Part shown: positions 1-8,944 of the stretch, piece after piece
Layout of the letters: each line of letters begins with the position of its first letter
Numbering within the stretch: the stretch's first letter is position 1
Origin: Candidatus Limnocylindrales bacterium
Lineage (GTDB): Bacteria > Moduliflexota > Moduliflexia > Moduliflexales > JAUQPW01
Assembly: GCA_035559535.1 (NCBI GenBank)
Contig: DATMBG010000044.1
Span: 1-64,000, forward strand
Direction: 5' to 3'
DNA length: 64,000 bases
Notes under the pieces: model-generated
Databases searched by the model: none
Told to the model about the DNA's origin: nothing
Seen by the model: the letters and a program-made list of their open reading frames with translations, nothing else
Program-made: the position numbers and the translations under genes

Positions 1-2
1 CT

Positions 3-1316
3 ACCCCCCCACCTCCACACCCCCATACCCTCACATCCCCCTTCCAGCGGGCCGAGGAGATTATTCAAACCGCCCGCAAGGCCGGTCGAACCCTCCTCAC
101 CGAACCCGAATCCAAGCAACTCCTCGCCGCCTACGGCATCCCGACGGTGGAGACCCGGATCGCCACCCATGAAACCGAGGCGGTCAGACTTGCAGAAGAA
201 ATCGGCTACCCGGTGGTCCTCAAGCTCTTTTCTGAAACCATTACCCACAAAACCGATGTAGGAGGTGTTCAGTTAAACCTGACCAACGCCGAAGCCGTCA
301 TACAGGCTTATCGTACCATCGAATCTTCTGTGCGTGAACGGCAGGAAGCCAAACATTTCTTAGGAGTGACCGTCCAGCCCATGATCAAATGGGAAGGCTA
401 CGAAATCATCCTCGGCAGTAGTCTTGATCCTCAGTTCGGTCCGGTATTGCTTTTCGGCGCTGGAGGTCAATGGGTGGAAGTATTTAAAGACCGCGCCCTG
501 GCACTCCCACCCCTTAATACCGTCCTGGCACGACGAATGATGGAGCAGACCCGTATCTATACTGCCCTCAAAGGTATCCGCGGACGCAAATCGGTGGATC
601 TGGCCGCCCTTGAACAACTCCTGGTCCGATTTAGCCAGTTGGTTGTTGAACAACGCTGGATCAAGGAGATTGACGTTAACCCTTTACTGGTCTCCCCTGA
701 GCGATTAATTGCGCTGGATGCGCGGGTGATTTTGCACGAACCCGATACCCCGGAAGATAAACTACCCCGGCTGGCCATTCGCCCCTATCCCACTCAATAC
801 GTGTCATCCTGGACCCTGAAGGATGGTACCCCCATTGTTATCCGCCCAATCCGCCCCGAGGATGAACCCTTGATGATCAACTTCCATAAAACCCTCTCCG
901 AACGTAGCGTGTATTTCCGCTACTTCTATCCCATGCAACTGAGTCAGCGTATTGCCCATGAACGGTTGACACATATGTGCTTCATCGACTATGACCGCGA
1001 AATGGCCCTCGTCGCAGACTATACGGATCCTAACACCGGTACCCACGAGATTATAGCCGTTGGCCGTTTAAGAAAATTGCATGGTACCCCAGAAGCCGAG
1101 TTTGCCCTCCTCGTCAGCGATCGATACCAACGTCAGGGATTGGGTACCGAGTTGTTGCGCAGACTCCTGCAGATCGGTCGTGACGAAAAACTGCAGCGCA
1201 TCGTCGCCGATATTCTCCCCGAAAATCGAGATATGCAACGGGTCTGTGAGAAACTGGGTTTCCGCCTCCGCTGGGTAGCCACTGAAGGGATAGTAAAGGC
1301 AGAAATCGATCTCTGA
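3..1316 (+). CDS. Bifunctional acyl-CoA synthetase (NDP-forming, ATP-grasp)/GNAT acetyltransferase, Pat/Pka-like; 5'-partial
   Basis: Frame is open back to the window edge (..RTLLTEPESKQLLAAYGIPTV..). ATP-grasp motifs GYPVVLK, THKTDVGGV, DPQFGPVLLFG and EIDVNPL, then a C-terminal GNAT (IRPIRPED, AEFALLVSDRYQRQGLG). Confidence 0.9.
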   Translation, partial: TPPPPHPHTLTSPFQRAEEIIQTARKAGRTLLTEPESKQLLAAYGIPTVETRIATHETEAVRLAEEIGYPVVLKLFSETITHKTDVGGVQLNLTNAEAVIQAYRTIESSVRERQEAKHFLGVTVQPMIKWEGYEIILGSSLDPQFGPVLLFGAGGQWVEVFKDRALALPPLNTVLARRMMEQTRIYTALKGIRGRKSVDLAALEQLLVRFSQLVVEQRWIKEIDVNPLLVSPERLIALDARVILHEPDTPEDKLPRLAIRPYPTQYVSSWTLKDGTPIVIRPIRPEDEPLMINFHKTLSERSVYFRYFYPMQLSQRIAHERLTHMCFIDYDREMALVADYTDPNTGTHEIIAVGRLRKLHGTPEAEFALLVSDRYQRQGLGTELLRRLLQIGRDEKLQRIVADILPENRDMQRVCEKLGFRLRWVATEGIVKAEIDL

Positions 1317-1339
1317 AACAGAAGGGGATGGGGGTATAC

Positions 1340-1490
1340 TGTTTACTTAAGTTTGGCCTCATAGGGCTGCTTTCACTCCCTAACTTCTCTTTCCGCCCCA
1401 ACCCCTTCCCTCCCTGTGGACGGGGTGGGAGAAGAGGGAGAGGGGCCGGGGGTGAGGGCCACTGAAAAGTCAAGCAAAACTAAAGTAACA
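1340..1490. mobile_element. MITE-like element with imperfect terminal inverted repeats; partial second copy at about 13236-13350
   Basis: Ends TGTTTACTTAAGTTTG...CAAAACTAAAGTAACA. The internal GGCCTCATAGGGCTGCTTTCAC and CCCTTCCCTCCC-GTGGACGGGG blocks recur at 13236-13350. Confidence 0.55.
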
Positions 1491-1664
1491 AGGTAGTAGG
1501 AGTATAAGATAAAAAGATCTTGACTACCAACATCATAATCTGAGTATACTTTGACAAAGCTAAAAAAGAGAGTAAATTCTTTTGGAAGAACCTTTGTAAA
1601 TGAAATCGTCGAATTTAAAGGTTGCACGAAGTACTTCATTTAATCTTCAACCAGGAAATCAAAC

Positions 1665-1742
1665 ATGGCTATTTTAAGCTTTGCCTGGACCAAAGATGAA
1701 TTTCTCAGGGGCAAAAAAACCATTAGTCGAGTAACCGTTTAA
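1665..1742 (+). pseudogene. Truncated ASCH-domain-like N-terminus (25 aa)
   Basis: MAILSFAWTKDEFLRGKKTISRVTV* has a GxKTxxR ASCH-type motif. AGGA lies upstream. Confidence 0.4.
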
Positions 1743-1747
1743 TTCCT

Positions 1748-2386
1748 ATGTACCTGTTGGAACTCATATTTTATTTCTGGATGTTATCATCTGCCAACAT
1801 CAGTTCTATCGAGCCAGATCTTTATAACCCCACCACTTTGGAACTGTGGGAATTTCAGACGCCTCAATCCTGGGTCCTGGAAAATGGAGTACTCGCATTG
1901 AAGCGCGCAGGGATTCCGAGTGGACCCATCCGAAAACCCGCCGAATGGGCAATTCTCAAAACAGAACCGTTTACCGACGTCCAGTTATGGCTTGAAGCTC
2001 GCTGCGATGCTCCCTTAGAACAAAAGGGCCGGGACATCATTCTTATTTTTGGTTATCAGTCCCCAACACGTTTCTATTATGCCCATTTATCCAATCAAAC
2101 CGACCGGGTTCATAACGGAATTTTCCTTGTCAATGATGCAGATCGGCAACGAATTGATGATGGTAAGGGGATCGCCCGGCTGATGGATAATAGCTGGTAC
2201 ACTATTCATCTCCTACGAAAGGTTCAGACAGGTGCTATTCAGGTTTATGTCTCCGATATGCAAACGCCCGCGCTTTCCGCCAACGACACAACCTTACGAT
2301 GGGGTCGTGTGGGTATTGGATCCTTTGACGATACAGGAGCATTTAAAAACCTTCGCATAGTCGGTGAGTTGATGTCTTCAGAATAA
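1748..2386 (+). CDS. Hypothetical, probably exported beta-sandwich protein (DUF1080/ConA-like)
   Basis: 212 aa, hydrophobic N-terminus, C-terminal GRVGIGSFDDTGAFKNLRI typical of ConA-like folds. Confidence 0.55.
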   Translation: MYLLELIFYFWMLSSANISSIEPDLYNPTTLELWEFQTPQSWVLENGVLALKRAGIPSGPIRKPAEWAILKTEPFTDVQLWLEARCDAPLEQKGRDIILIFGYQSPTRFYYAHLSNQTDRVHNGIFLVNDADRQRIDDGKGIARLMDNSWYTIHLLRKVQTGAIQVYVSDMQTPALSANDTTLRWGRVGIGSFDDTGAFKNLRIVGELMSSE

Positions 2387-2657
2387 AGACAGGAGATGAG
2401 AGGAGCCCCCCTTCCCCCGGCGAGCGGGGGGGGGGGTAGGAGTAGGTTTTTTCTCACTTACTAACCTTCTTCCCGCATCGGGAAGGAGGAACTCGGGGAT
2501 TGCCTGGATTCCAACTCCCCCATGAAGGAAGGAGAGCTGGAAGGATTATAAGATCCAAAAAACTTACCCTTAAAAGCCCTCTTACTCTCCCTGTGGACGG
2601 GGAGGGTGGAGAGGTACATCTATCGAACCGATACAGACTCAAATTCCAATAATAGGG

Positions 2658-2686
2658 TTGACACTTTAGATTTCCGGATATAAAGT
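2658..2686 (+). promoter_or_regulatory. Sigma70-type promoter of the OsmC-like gene
   Basis: TTGACA-17 bp-TAAAGT; AAGGAGG SD before ATG 2813. Confidence 0.5.
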
Positions 2687-2812
2687 CAGATCATATTTTA
2701 AAAATCCCAAAGTAGGATCTGTTTGGGAAAAATCGGAATTCTGAGCAGGTTTATACCGATAATTACGTTCAGGCAATTTAAATCCTCATAATCATAAGGA
2801 GGTGAAGAAATC

Positions 2813-3259
2813 ATGGGACAGAGCCAGATACGGGAGTACACAGTACAAGCTCGCTCCACCGATACGTTCGGGAGAGTGTTATGCAGTTGTCGTCAGCACC
2901 ATTTTATAGTTGATGGACCGATTCAAAATGGCTGCCCAGGTGAGGCCATAACCCCGGCTGAACTATTCTTGTCCGGAGTTGCTTCGTGCGGGGTTGAGCT
3001 GCTCCAGGTGGTTGCCAGGGAGCAGAATGTACCCCTGGAAGGGGTTAAGGTCAATATTTGGGGAATCATCGATCGGGACCATCCCGTTCGTTCCGATGTT
3101 ACTTTGTTCAATAAGGTCCGATTGAGTTTTCAACTTAAAGGGGTTAACGAAGGAGAAGGGGCCAAACTCATTGAGACCTTCAAAGGCAGATGACCGCTCT
3201 ATGGAACGGTCGCAGTTGCGACTCCCGAGGTCCAGGTAGAGTTTCGTATAGAGCACTAG
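2813..3259 (+). CDS. OsmC/Ohr-family protein, probable selenoprotein (Sec at TGA 3191-3193), 148 aa
   Basis: TPAELFLSGVASC supplies the first Cys. Reading through the TGA gives FKGR-U-PLYGTVAVATPEVQVEFRIEH*, matching the OsmC second-Cys motif C-P-x-Y-x-T and the final strand. Confidence 0.85.
3194..3225 (+). promoter_or_regulatory. Bacterial SECIS-like stem-loop
   Basis: Directly 3' of the TGA: GGA-acg-GTCGC-AGTT-GCGAC-TCC, with a G in the apical loop. Confidence 0.7.
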
Positions 3260-3468
3260 CGGATAAATTTCTTGTTTCAGAGGTGGTTTTCAAAGATTTA
3301 TAACATACAATTTTAACGGCTCATTCAGCCAGCAAACCTATTTTCTTCAACAACGCTGTGTATCTGAGGTTTGTATTCAGATTATCTTGGTATCCTGGAG
3401 CAGGGAGGTAGATCAGGTAGCCAGAGAGCTCCTTATAAGCCTTTTGTAGCCTCGAAGAGGGCAAACCT

Positions 3469-3567
3469 GCTTAACGACATCGCTCAACTGCCTGGCCTGC
3501 ACTGAGGAGCTATGGACTCCAGGAAACGAGCATCGTGGGCCGGGTCAGCTGCAGAGGGTGGCCAGGC
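3469..3567 (-). mobile_element. Degenerate integron attC site
   Basis: Minus strand reads GCCTGGC caccct CTGCAGCTGACCCGGCC ... GGCCAGGCAGTTGAG cgatgtc GTTAAGC. R' fits GTTRRRY, the left arm has two unpaired bases, and R'' has decayed from RYYYAAC. Confidence 0.6.
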
Positions 3568-3592
3568 GGGATGAATAGTGTTGTTTGCTGAT

Positions 3593-4144
3593 CTAATCCT
3601 TATCCCCTGTTCTCTTGGGCCTTTGCCGTCGCTCAAGCGCGATGTATATAACCGCGTCCCACGCGTTATGGATTCCTACGAATAATAGGAAAACTGCGGT
3701 TGCACCGATCACAAACAGAGCCTGCACAGGATATCGCCAGAGTATGTTCGCAGCAGTCAGAAGTACCGCATAAGCAATGAACGGAAGCGCACAATGCCAG
3801 AGCCAGTCCTCGAGTACCGGTACGTAGTCAGTCTGCCGTCGCACACGCCTGGCAACTAACACCGTGTATGTTAGTCCCGCTAGCCCGCACGCATCGAGGC
3901 AGAGCCCAGCACTCGAGATAGTCGGCCATGGTGCACTGATAATCACCGAGATGAAGAGTACGGCGCAGAAGTGCACGATCGTCGGAGTACCGAATGCGCG
4001 GATCGTCGGGGTACTAAGCACGTCCACTTCGGCACCCAGGGTAATCACTACGAATTGCAGACCGGTCAAGGCACTGGCTGAAGAGCCGAGGATGACGTAA
4101 AAGTTTCCCCAGGAAATGAGCAATGACAGTATGGCTTGTTCCAT
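3593..4144 (-). CDS. Hypothetical multi-pass membrane protein (possible gene cassette)
   Basis: About 5-6 hydrophobic segments, W-NFYVILGSSASALTGLQFVVI and IHNAWD motifs, GGAG SD before ATG 4144 (ORF track start 4177). Confidence 0.75.
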   Translation of the reverse strand: MEQAILSLLISWGNFYVILGSSASALTGLQFVVITLGAEVDVLSTPTIRAFGTPTIVHFCAVLFISVIISAPWPTISSAGLCLDACGLAGLTYTVLVARRVRRQTDYVPVLEDWLWHCALPFIAYAVLLTAANILWRYPVQALFVIGATAVFLLFVGIHNAWDAVIYIALERRQRPKRTGDKD

Positions 4145-4327
4145 GATTGATCTCCAGCGCGAAGTTGTTAGGAACATGGTTACCTTTATTAAATATATAT
4201 TAAATATAAATATTAAATATAAAACTGTATTCTCTAAATTAAGACAAGTTTTTCATCCACAAAGGGTGGCTTCCCATCTATTAAGTTTATTAGATTCTTT
4301 TCAGGAGTTGTAGAAAATAACTGCACT

Positions 4328-4693
4328 ATGATGCATTTTAAGACCATAAGTGAGTTGCATCGGGTAGAGGGTCTTCCGCCTCCGAAAAATCCATTGTTCT
4401 GCCTGAAACAGCTTGAAGAAGTGCCCTATGCTTTAAAAAACAAGGAGATCACCTGCGATTTCTATTTGATTTGTTTCAAAAAACTGAAAACAGGTGGGAT
4501 ATGGTATGGCAAACCTAAGTATGACCATGATAGGGGTTTCATGTATTTTATGAAACCAAGACAAAGACTTACTGTTCATGATGTTCAATTGAAAGAAAAA
4601 GGATTCTCTATTCTATTTCACGAAGACTATCTGATGGGACATCCTTTTTACAATCAATCTCATCTTGGTACTCCGAAAACCTGGAGCAAATGA
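4328..4693 (+). pseudogene. Truncated AraC-family regulator (N-terminal domain only)
   Basis: MHFKTISEL..DFYLICFK..YG..YD..G.MYF..P.Q..GFSILFHEDYL resembles AraC N-domains; no HTH follows. Confidence 0.6.
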
Positions 4694-4735
4694 CTGTTCG
4701 CTGAGCGACTGTTAGGGCAAGCAAGAGTTAAGATT

Positions 4736-5041
4736 ATGAGCAACAACATTGAAGGAAAAGTCGTCGTTATTACGGGGGCCAGTAGTGGCTTGGGCGAGGT
4801 GGCGGTCCGGTTTCTCTCCACGCAAGGTACAATCCTCATGACGGTGATTTCACCCGGCGCAGTTGCTATGGAACTGCCCAAGGGCATGACTGAGCCCGAT
4901 GTAGCCAAGAAAGTCCGTAAAGCCTATGAGATCGCGATTCCTGCCGAGTCGTTCACGCGGGCAGTCGCCTTCGCGATCAGCCAGCCGGAGGACATGGGCG
5001 TGAACGAGATCCTGTTCTGGTCCACGCAGCAGGAGCTATAA
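4736..5041 (+). pseudogene. SDR oxidoreductase with a large in-frame internal deletion
   Basis: GKVVVITGASSGLG is joined directly to the C-terminal TVISPGAV..AVAFAISQPED.GVNEILF. YxxxK is missing and the ORF is only 101 aa. Confidence 0.75.
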
Positions 5042-5210
5042 GCTTCCCTGTTTGCTGTGGGAAGGCTCCGATTATTATTTACTGAATCGAAAGGATGAGA
5101 AGGAAAAGGATGCAAATGAAACTGCTTGCCATGATGGTCATGTTGTTTTTTCTTCTGGAGAAGCGCTTCAGCGTAACCCGAATTCACACCCTTGTGAAAG
5201 GAGGCAGAAA

Positions 5211-6008
5211 ATGAAAATTTTTACTGAGGCAGTTGTGTGGCTTTCCTTAGTGGTCTCCGCCTGCACCCAGGCGGACAAGACAGCAGCTACACCAAGATCG
5301 AATACTGTTCTACCAGGGCTGACACCTGAGGATATTCGGATGGTCTCACCGGCACTCGAGCGATACATGCAAGGCACTCTTCTGGGTGATCTATGGAAGC
5401 GTCCGGATCTATCCCCGCGAGACCGCAGCATTGTTACCATAGCGGTCCTGATTGCGCGTAATCAGGCGATCGAGATGCCATACCATTTCAACCTGGCGCT
5501 GGATAACGGCGTCAAACCAGGTGAGATTTCTGAGATTATCACGCATCTTGCGTTCTACTCTGGCTGGGTAAATGCTATGTCGGCGGTCGCAGTCGCGAAA
5601 GATGTTTTCAGTAAGCGTGGAATCGGATCGGATCAGCTTCCACCGGCCTCGGGTGAACTTCTTCCCCTCGACGAGACTGCCGAGGCGCAACGCGCGGCTC
5701 GTGTTGAGCAGGATGTCGGTCCAGTAGCACCGGGCCTTGTGCAGTATACCAGTGACGTGCTTTTCCGTGACCTCTGGCTACGTCCGGCCTTGGTACCTCG
5801 GGACCGGAGCCTGGTGACTGTCAGCGCCCTCATCGCCTCAGGTCAGGTCGCGCAAATCCCGTATCACCTCAATAGGGCAATGGATAATGGCCTAACGAAG
5901 GCCCAAGTCTCTGAGGTGCTCACACACCTGGCCTTTTATGCGGGGTGGCCTAACGTTTTTTCCGCAATACCGGTTGTCAAGGGCGTCTTTGAGAAACGTC
6001 CCAACTAG
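5211..6008 (+). CDS. Two-domain carboxymuconolactone decarboxylase (CMD)-family protein
   Basis: Duplicated LWxRPxLxPRDRSxVT...HLAFYxGW motif; AGGAGG SD before ATG 5211. Confidence 0.85.
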   Translation: MKIFTEAVVWLSLVVSACTQADKTAATPRSNTVLPGLTPEDIRMVSPALERYMQGTLLGDLWKRPDLSPRDRSIVTIAVLIARNQAIEMPYHFNLALDNGVKPGEISEIITHLAFYSGWVNAMSAVAVAKDVFSKRGIGSDQLPPASGELLPLDETAEAQRAARVEQDVGPVAPGLVQYTSDVLFRDLWLRPALVPRDRSLVTVSALIASGQVAQIPYHLNRAMDNGLTKAQVSEVLTHLAFYAGWPNVFSAIPVVKGVFEKRPN

Positions 6009-6093
6009 TAGGATTGTCCAGATGGAATCATGTAGGGTTTTCAGTATGGGGTAGTAAACGTCCCTTTCTTCCACTCAGAGCCGAATAGTCTGT

Positions 6094-6112
6094 AAGCCAC
6101 CCCGGGTGGCTT
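6094..6112 (+). terminator. Hairpin, possible terminator
   Basis: AAGCCACC-CCG-GGTGGCTT downstream of the CMD gene; weak U-tract. Confidence 0.35.
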
Positions 6113-6149
6113 TGCTCTGATCGTGTGTTTCATCATCTAAGAGTTAACC

Positions 6150-7349
6150 ATGTCCGATAACGCTTCCCGACAACCTACGGCGACGGATATTCCCATCATG
6201 GCGGTACTGCTGGCGATCATGGCTGCGGTCTTTGTAATGTACCTTGTCATCGGTTTTGCGCTGCCGGTAATTCCGCTTTATGTGCATCAGGGCCTTGGTC
6301 TCGGTACCTTCGTGGTCGGTCTCGTCGCCGGCGCGCAGTACGCCGCGACCTTGGTCTCACGGCTGTGGTCAGGCCACTATGCCGACAACCGGGGCGCGAA
6401 GTACTCAGTCGTCGCCAGTTTGCTGGTTGCCGCGGCGGCGGGTCTCCTCTACCTTCTATCGCTCCGTTTCGTCGGCACTCCGGTAACATCAGTCTCAATC
6501 TTGCTGGTGGGTCGGGCCGTGCTCGGCGTGGCGGAGAGCCTTATCACGGTGGGGGCATTCGTCTGGGGACTGGCGCTCGTAGGACCACAGAACACGGGCA
6601 AGGTCATGGCCTGGGTGGGAGTGGCAATGTACGTTGCCTATGCGGTCGGCGCGCCGACCGGCACTGCTTTGTACGCTGGCTACGGCTTTGCAGCCATTGC
6701 ACTTGTGACGACACTGATCCCCCTCGTCACCCTGCTACTCGTCGCACCGCTCCGCCCCATTGCGCCAATGTCCCAGACCCGCCCTGGATTCACGAGAGTC
6801 GTCGGTGCCGTTTGGGTACCAGGTCTCGGCCTGGCGCTCGGCAGCATCGGCTTCGGCGCTACCACAACGTTTATCGTTCTACTCTTTGCCCAACAGGGGT
6901 GGGGCCTGGCCTGGCTTGCTCTTACCGCTTTCAGCATTGTCTTCGTCATCGGGCGCGTTGTATTTGGCCATCTACCGGATAGGATCGGCGGCGCCAGGGT
7001 TGCGCTGGTCTGCGTGCTGATCGAAGCGGCTGGCCAGGCGCTGATCTGGCTTGCACCTCGGCCCACGCTGGCGTTGTTCGGGGCGGTGCTCACCGGCCTC
7101 GGCTACTCGCTCGTTTACCCCGGCTTTGGCGTGGAAGCGGTACGCCGCGCGCCGCCGGAAAATCATGGCCTCGCCACAGGGGCTTACACGGCTTTTCTCG
7201 ACCTGGCGTTGGGACTCGCTAACCCTGCACTGGGGCTGGTTGCGAGCGGAGCCGGCTTAAGGGCGGTGTTCCTCGTCAGCACGCTGATCGTGATGTGTTC
7301 CGCGGTTATCGCCGTGCGGCTCATCAATGCACCGATGACCACCCCATGA
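6150..7349 (+). CDS. MFS transporter (YhhS/YfcJ-like)
   Basis: About 12 TM segments; motif A variants GHYADNRGAK and GHLPDRIGG. Confidence 0.85.
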   Translation: MSDNASRQPTATDIPIMAVLLAIMAAVFVMYLVIGFALPVIPLYVHQGLGLGTFVVGLVAGAQYAATLVSRLWSGHYADNRGAKYSVVASLLVAAAAGLLYLLSLRFVGTPVTSVSILLVGRAVLGVAESLITVGAFVWGLALVGPQNTGKVMAWVGVAMYVAYAVGAPTGTALYAGYGFAAIALVTTLIPLVTLLLVAPLRPIAPMSQTRPGFTRVVGAVWVPGLGLALGSIGFGATTTFIVLLFAQQGWGLAWLALTAFSIVFVIGRVVFGHLPDRIGGARVALVCVLIEAAGQALIWLAPRPTLALFGAVLTGLGYSLVYPGFGVEAVRRAPPENHGLATGAYTAFLDLALGLANPALGLVASGAGLRAVFLVSTLIVMCSAVIAVRLINAPMTTP

Positions 7350-7984
7350 CATCATGGGTACACTCTTTGCCCGTGTCGGGCATGAGGTGGTACCCGGTTA
7401 TGCACACAGACGAAAGAAACTGGAGCGACCGGTACAGAATGTTAATGGGAACGCACGGGCGGACACACTGCAGAGGAAGTGGATGCCCTTCTGCTGACCA
7501 TGCAGTAATCATGCGTTGATGATGTGTTGAATCAGACAGGCGATTTGTCCAACAGGATTATCGTGAGCTGCTCCTTACCCATGAATGCTGACAATACTAA
7601 GCTCGTGATCGTTCACACCTCCTGGAGTGCACAGGAACCCACAAGGAACTTACCGTAAGGTAACCTTAGGTTAGAAAGACGATTGTTTTTCTAACTGATC
7701 GATCCCTTGATCGACCCCTTGTCAACACGCCTCAAAATTCCCTTGATTTTTAGTAAAGAAACCCATTTAATAAAACTAAATTTAAAAACTCGTTTTATAG
7801 TTGACTTCCTTTACCTTAAAAGTCAAGATCTTGTTACACGAAAAGATGTTAATTGGTTATGTATGAGTTTTTACTAAAACCTTTAACAGCCGGTTAGAGG
7901 AATGCATAAAATTCACTAAACATCTCGTAAGACAAGGTAGCAGGCAGTTCATATACACACCCAGAACTTGAAAGGAGCAGCGAT

Positions 7985-8821
7985 ATGCAAAGAATCCTTC
8001 TGATCATTTTAATACTGGACCTGGCTTTATTTAAGGGGGTCATAGGTGTGCAGGCAGCCGAGCTACCCATCTTCGATGCGCATATTCATTATAGCCAGGA
8101 TGCCTGGGAGGTGGTATCACCAAAAGAGGCGATTGCGCTCTTACGAAAGGCCGGCGTGATACGGGCGCTTGTGTCAAGTTCTAACGATGAGGGGACCCAG
8201 AAGCTCTATGCAGAAGCCCCTGATTTGATTATCCCGGAGCTAAGGCCTTACCGTAAGCGTGGAGAAATCTCCAGTTGGATCCACGATGAGTCGGTCCTTG
8301 CCTATCTGGAGGAACGGTTGAAAAAATATTCGTACGTTGCCATTGGAGAGTTCCATGTAAGTGGGGCAGATGCAGATCTGCCGGTGGTACGTCGCACGGT
8401 TCAGCTTGCGAAGCAACACGGTCTCCTATTACACGCACATTCCGATGCAGATGCGGTGGAGCGAATGTTCCGTCAGGATCCGGAGGCACGGATCTTATGG
8501 GCACATGCCGGATTTGAGCGACCTTCTCGCGTAGGTGAGATGATGCGCCGCTACAAGAATTTGTGGGCCGATCTGGCAGTTCGCCGTGATGTGGCTCCAA
8601 ACGACCAGGTAACACCTGAGTGGCGGGAGATCTTTCTTGAATTTCCCGACCGTTTCATGATCGGTACGGATACCTACGTGCCCGATCGTTGGAATGTGGT
8701 TGTTTCAAATGCCAACTGGGCTCGCAGGTGGCTGGCCGGACTACCTTCGGAAGTTGCCGAGCGTATTGCTTACAAAAATGGTGAAACGTTGCTTACAGCC
8801 GCATTCTTGAAGCGGCGTTAA
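7985..8821 (+). CDS. Exported amidohydrolase-superfamily protein
   Basis: Signal peptide, DAHIH, IGEFH, WAHAG, DRFMIGTD. Confidence 0.8.
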   Translation: MQRILLIILILDLALFKGVIGVQAAELPIFDAHIHYSQDAWEVVSPKEAIALLRKAGVIRALVSSSNDEGTQKLYAEAPDLIIPELRPYRKRGEISSWIHDESVLAYLEERLKKYSYVAIGEFHVSGADADLPVVRRTVQLAKQHGLLLHAHSDADAVERMFRQDPEARILWAHAGFERPSRVGEMMRRYKNLWADLAVRRDVAPNDQVTPEWREIFLEFPDRFMIGTDTYVPDRWNVVVSNANWARRWLAGLPSEVAERIAYKNGETLLTAAFLKRR

Positions 8822-8944
8822 GGTTTTGAGGATTCCAGGTATTGCACACCCTGTAATTACTGCAAGCAACCTGCGAAGAGAAAAACTCCTGTTTATCAGG
8901 GAGCCGGGAGTATAAAAAAATATACCAGGAAAAGTGATGACTTT

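Noticed and set aside
4152-4173. Additional attC half-site
   Set aside because: No partner arm; the CTCC is better explained as the SD of the minus-strand gene.
4185-4225. ATTAAATAT triple repeat as iterons or an operator
   Set aside because: Short and AT-only; cannot be told apart from low-complexity promoter DNA.
5052-5210. N-terminal extension of the CMD protein
   Set aside because: A strong AGGAGG precedes ATG 5211 and the upstream part looks non-coding.
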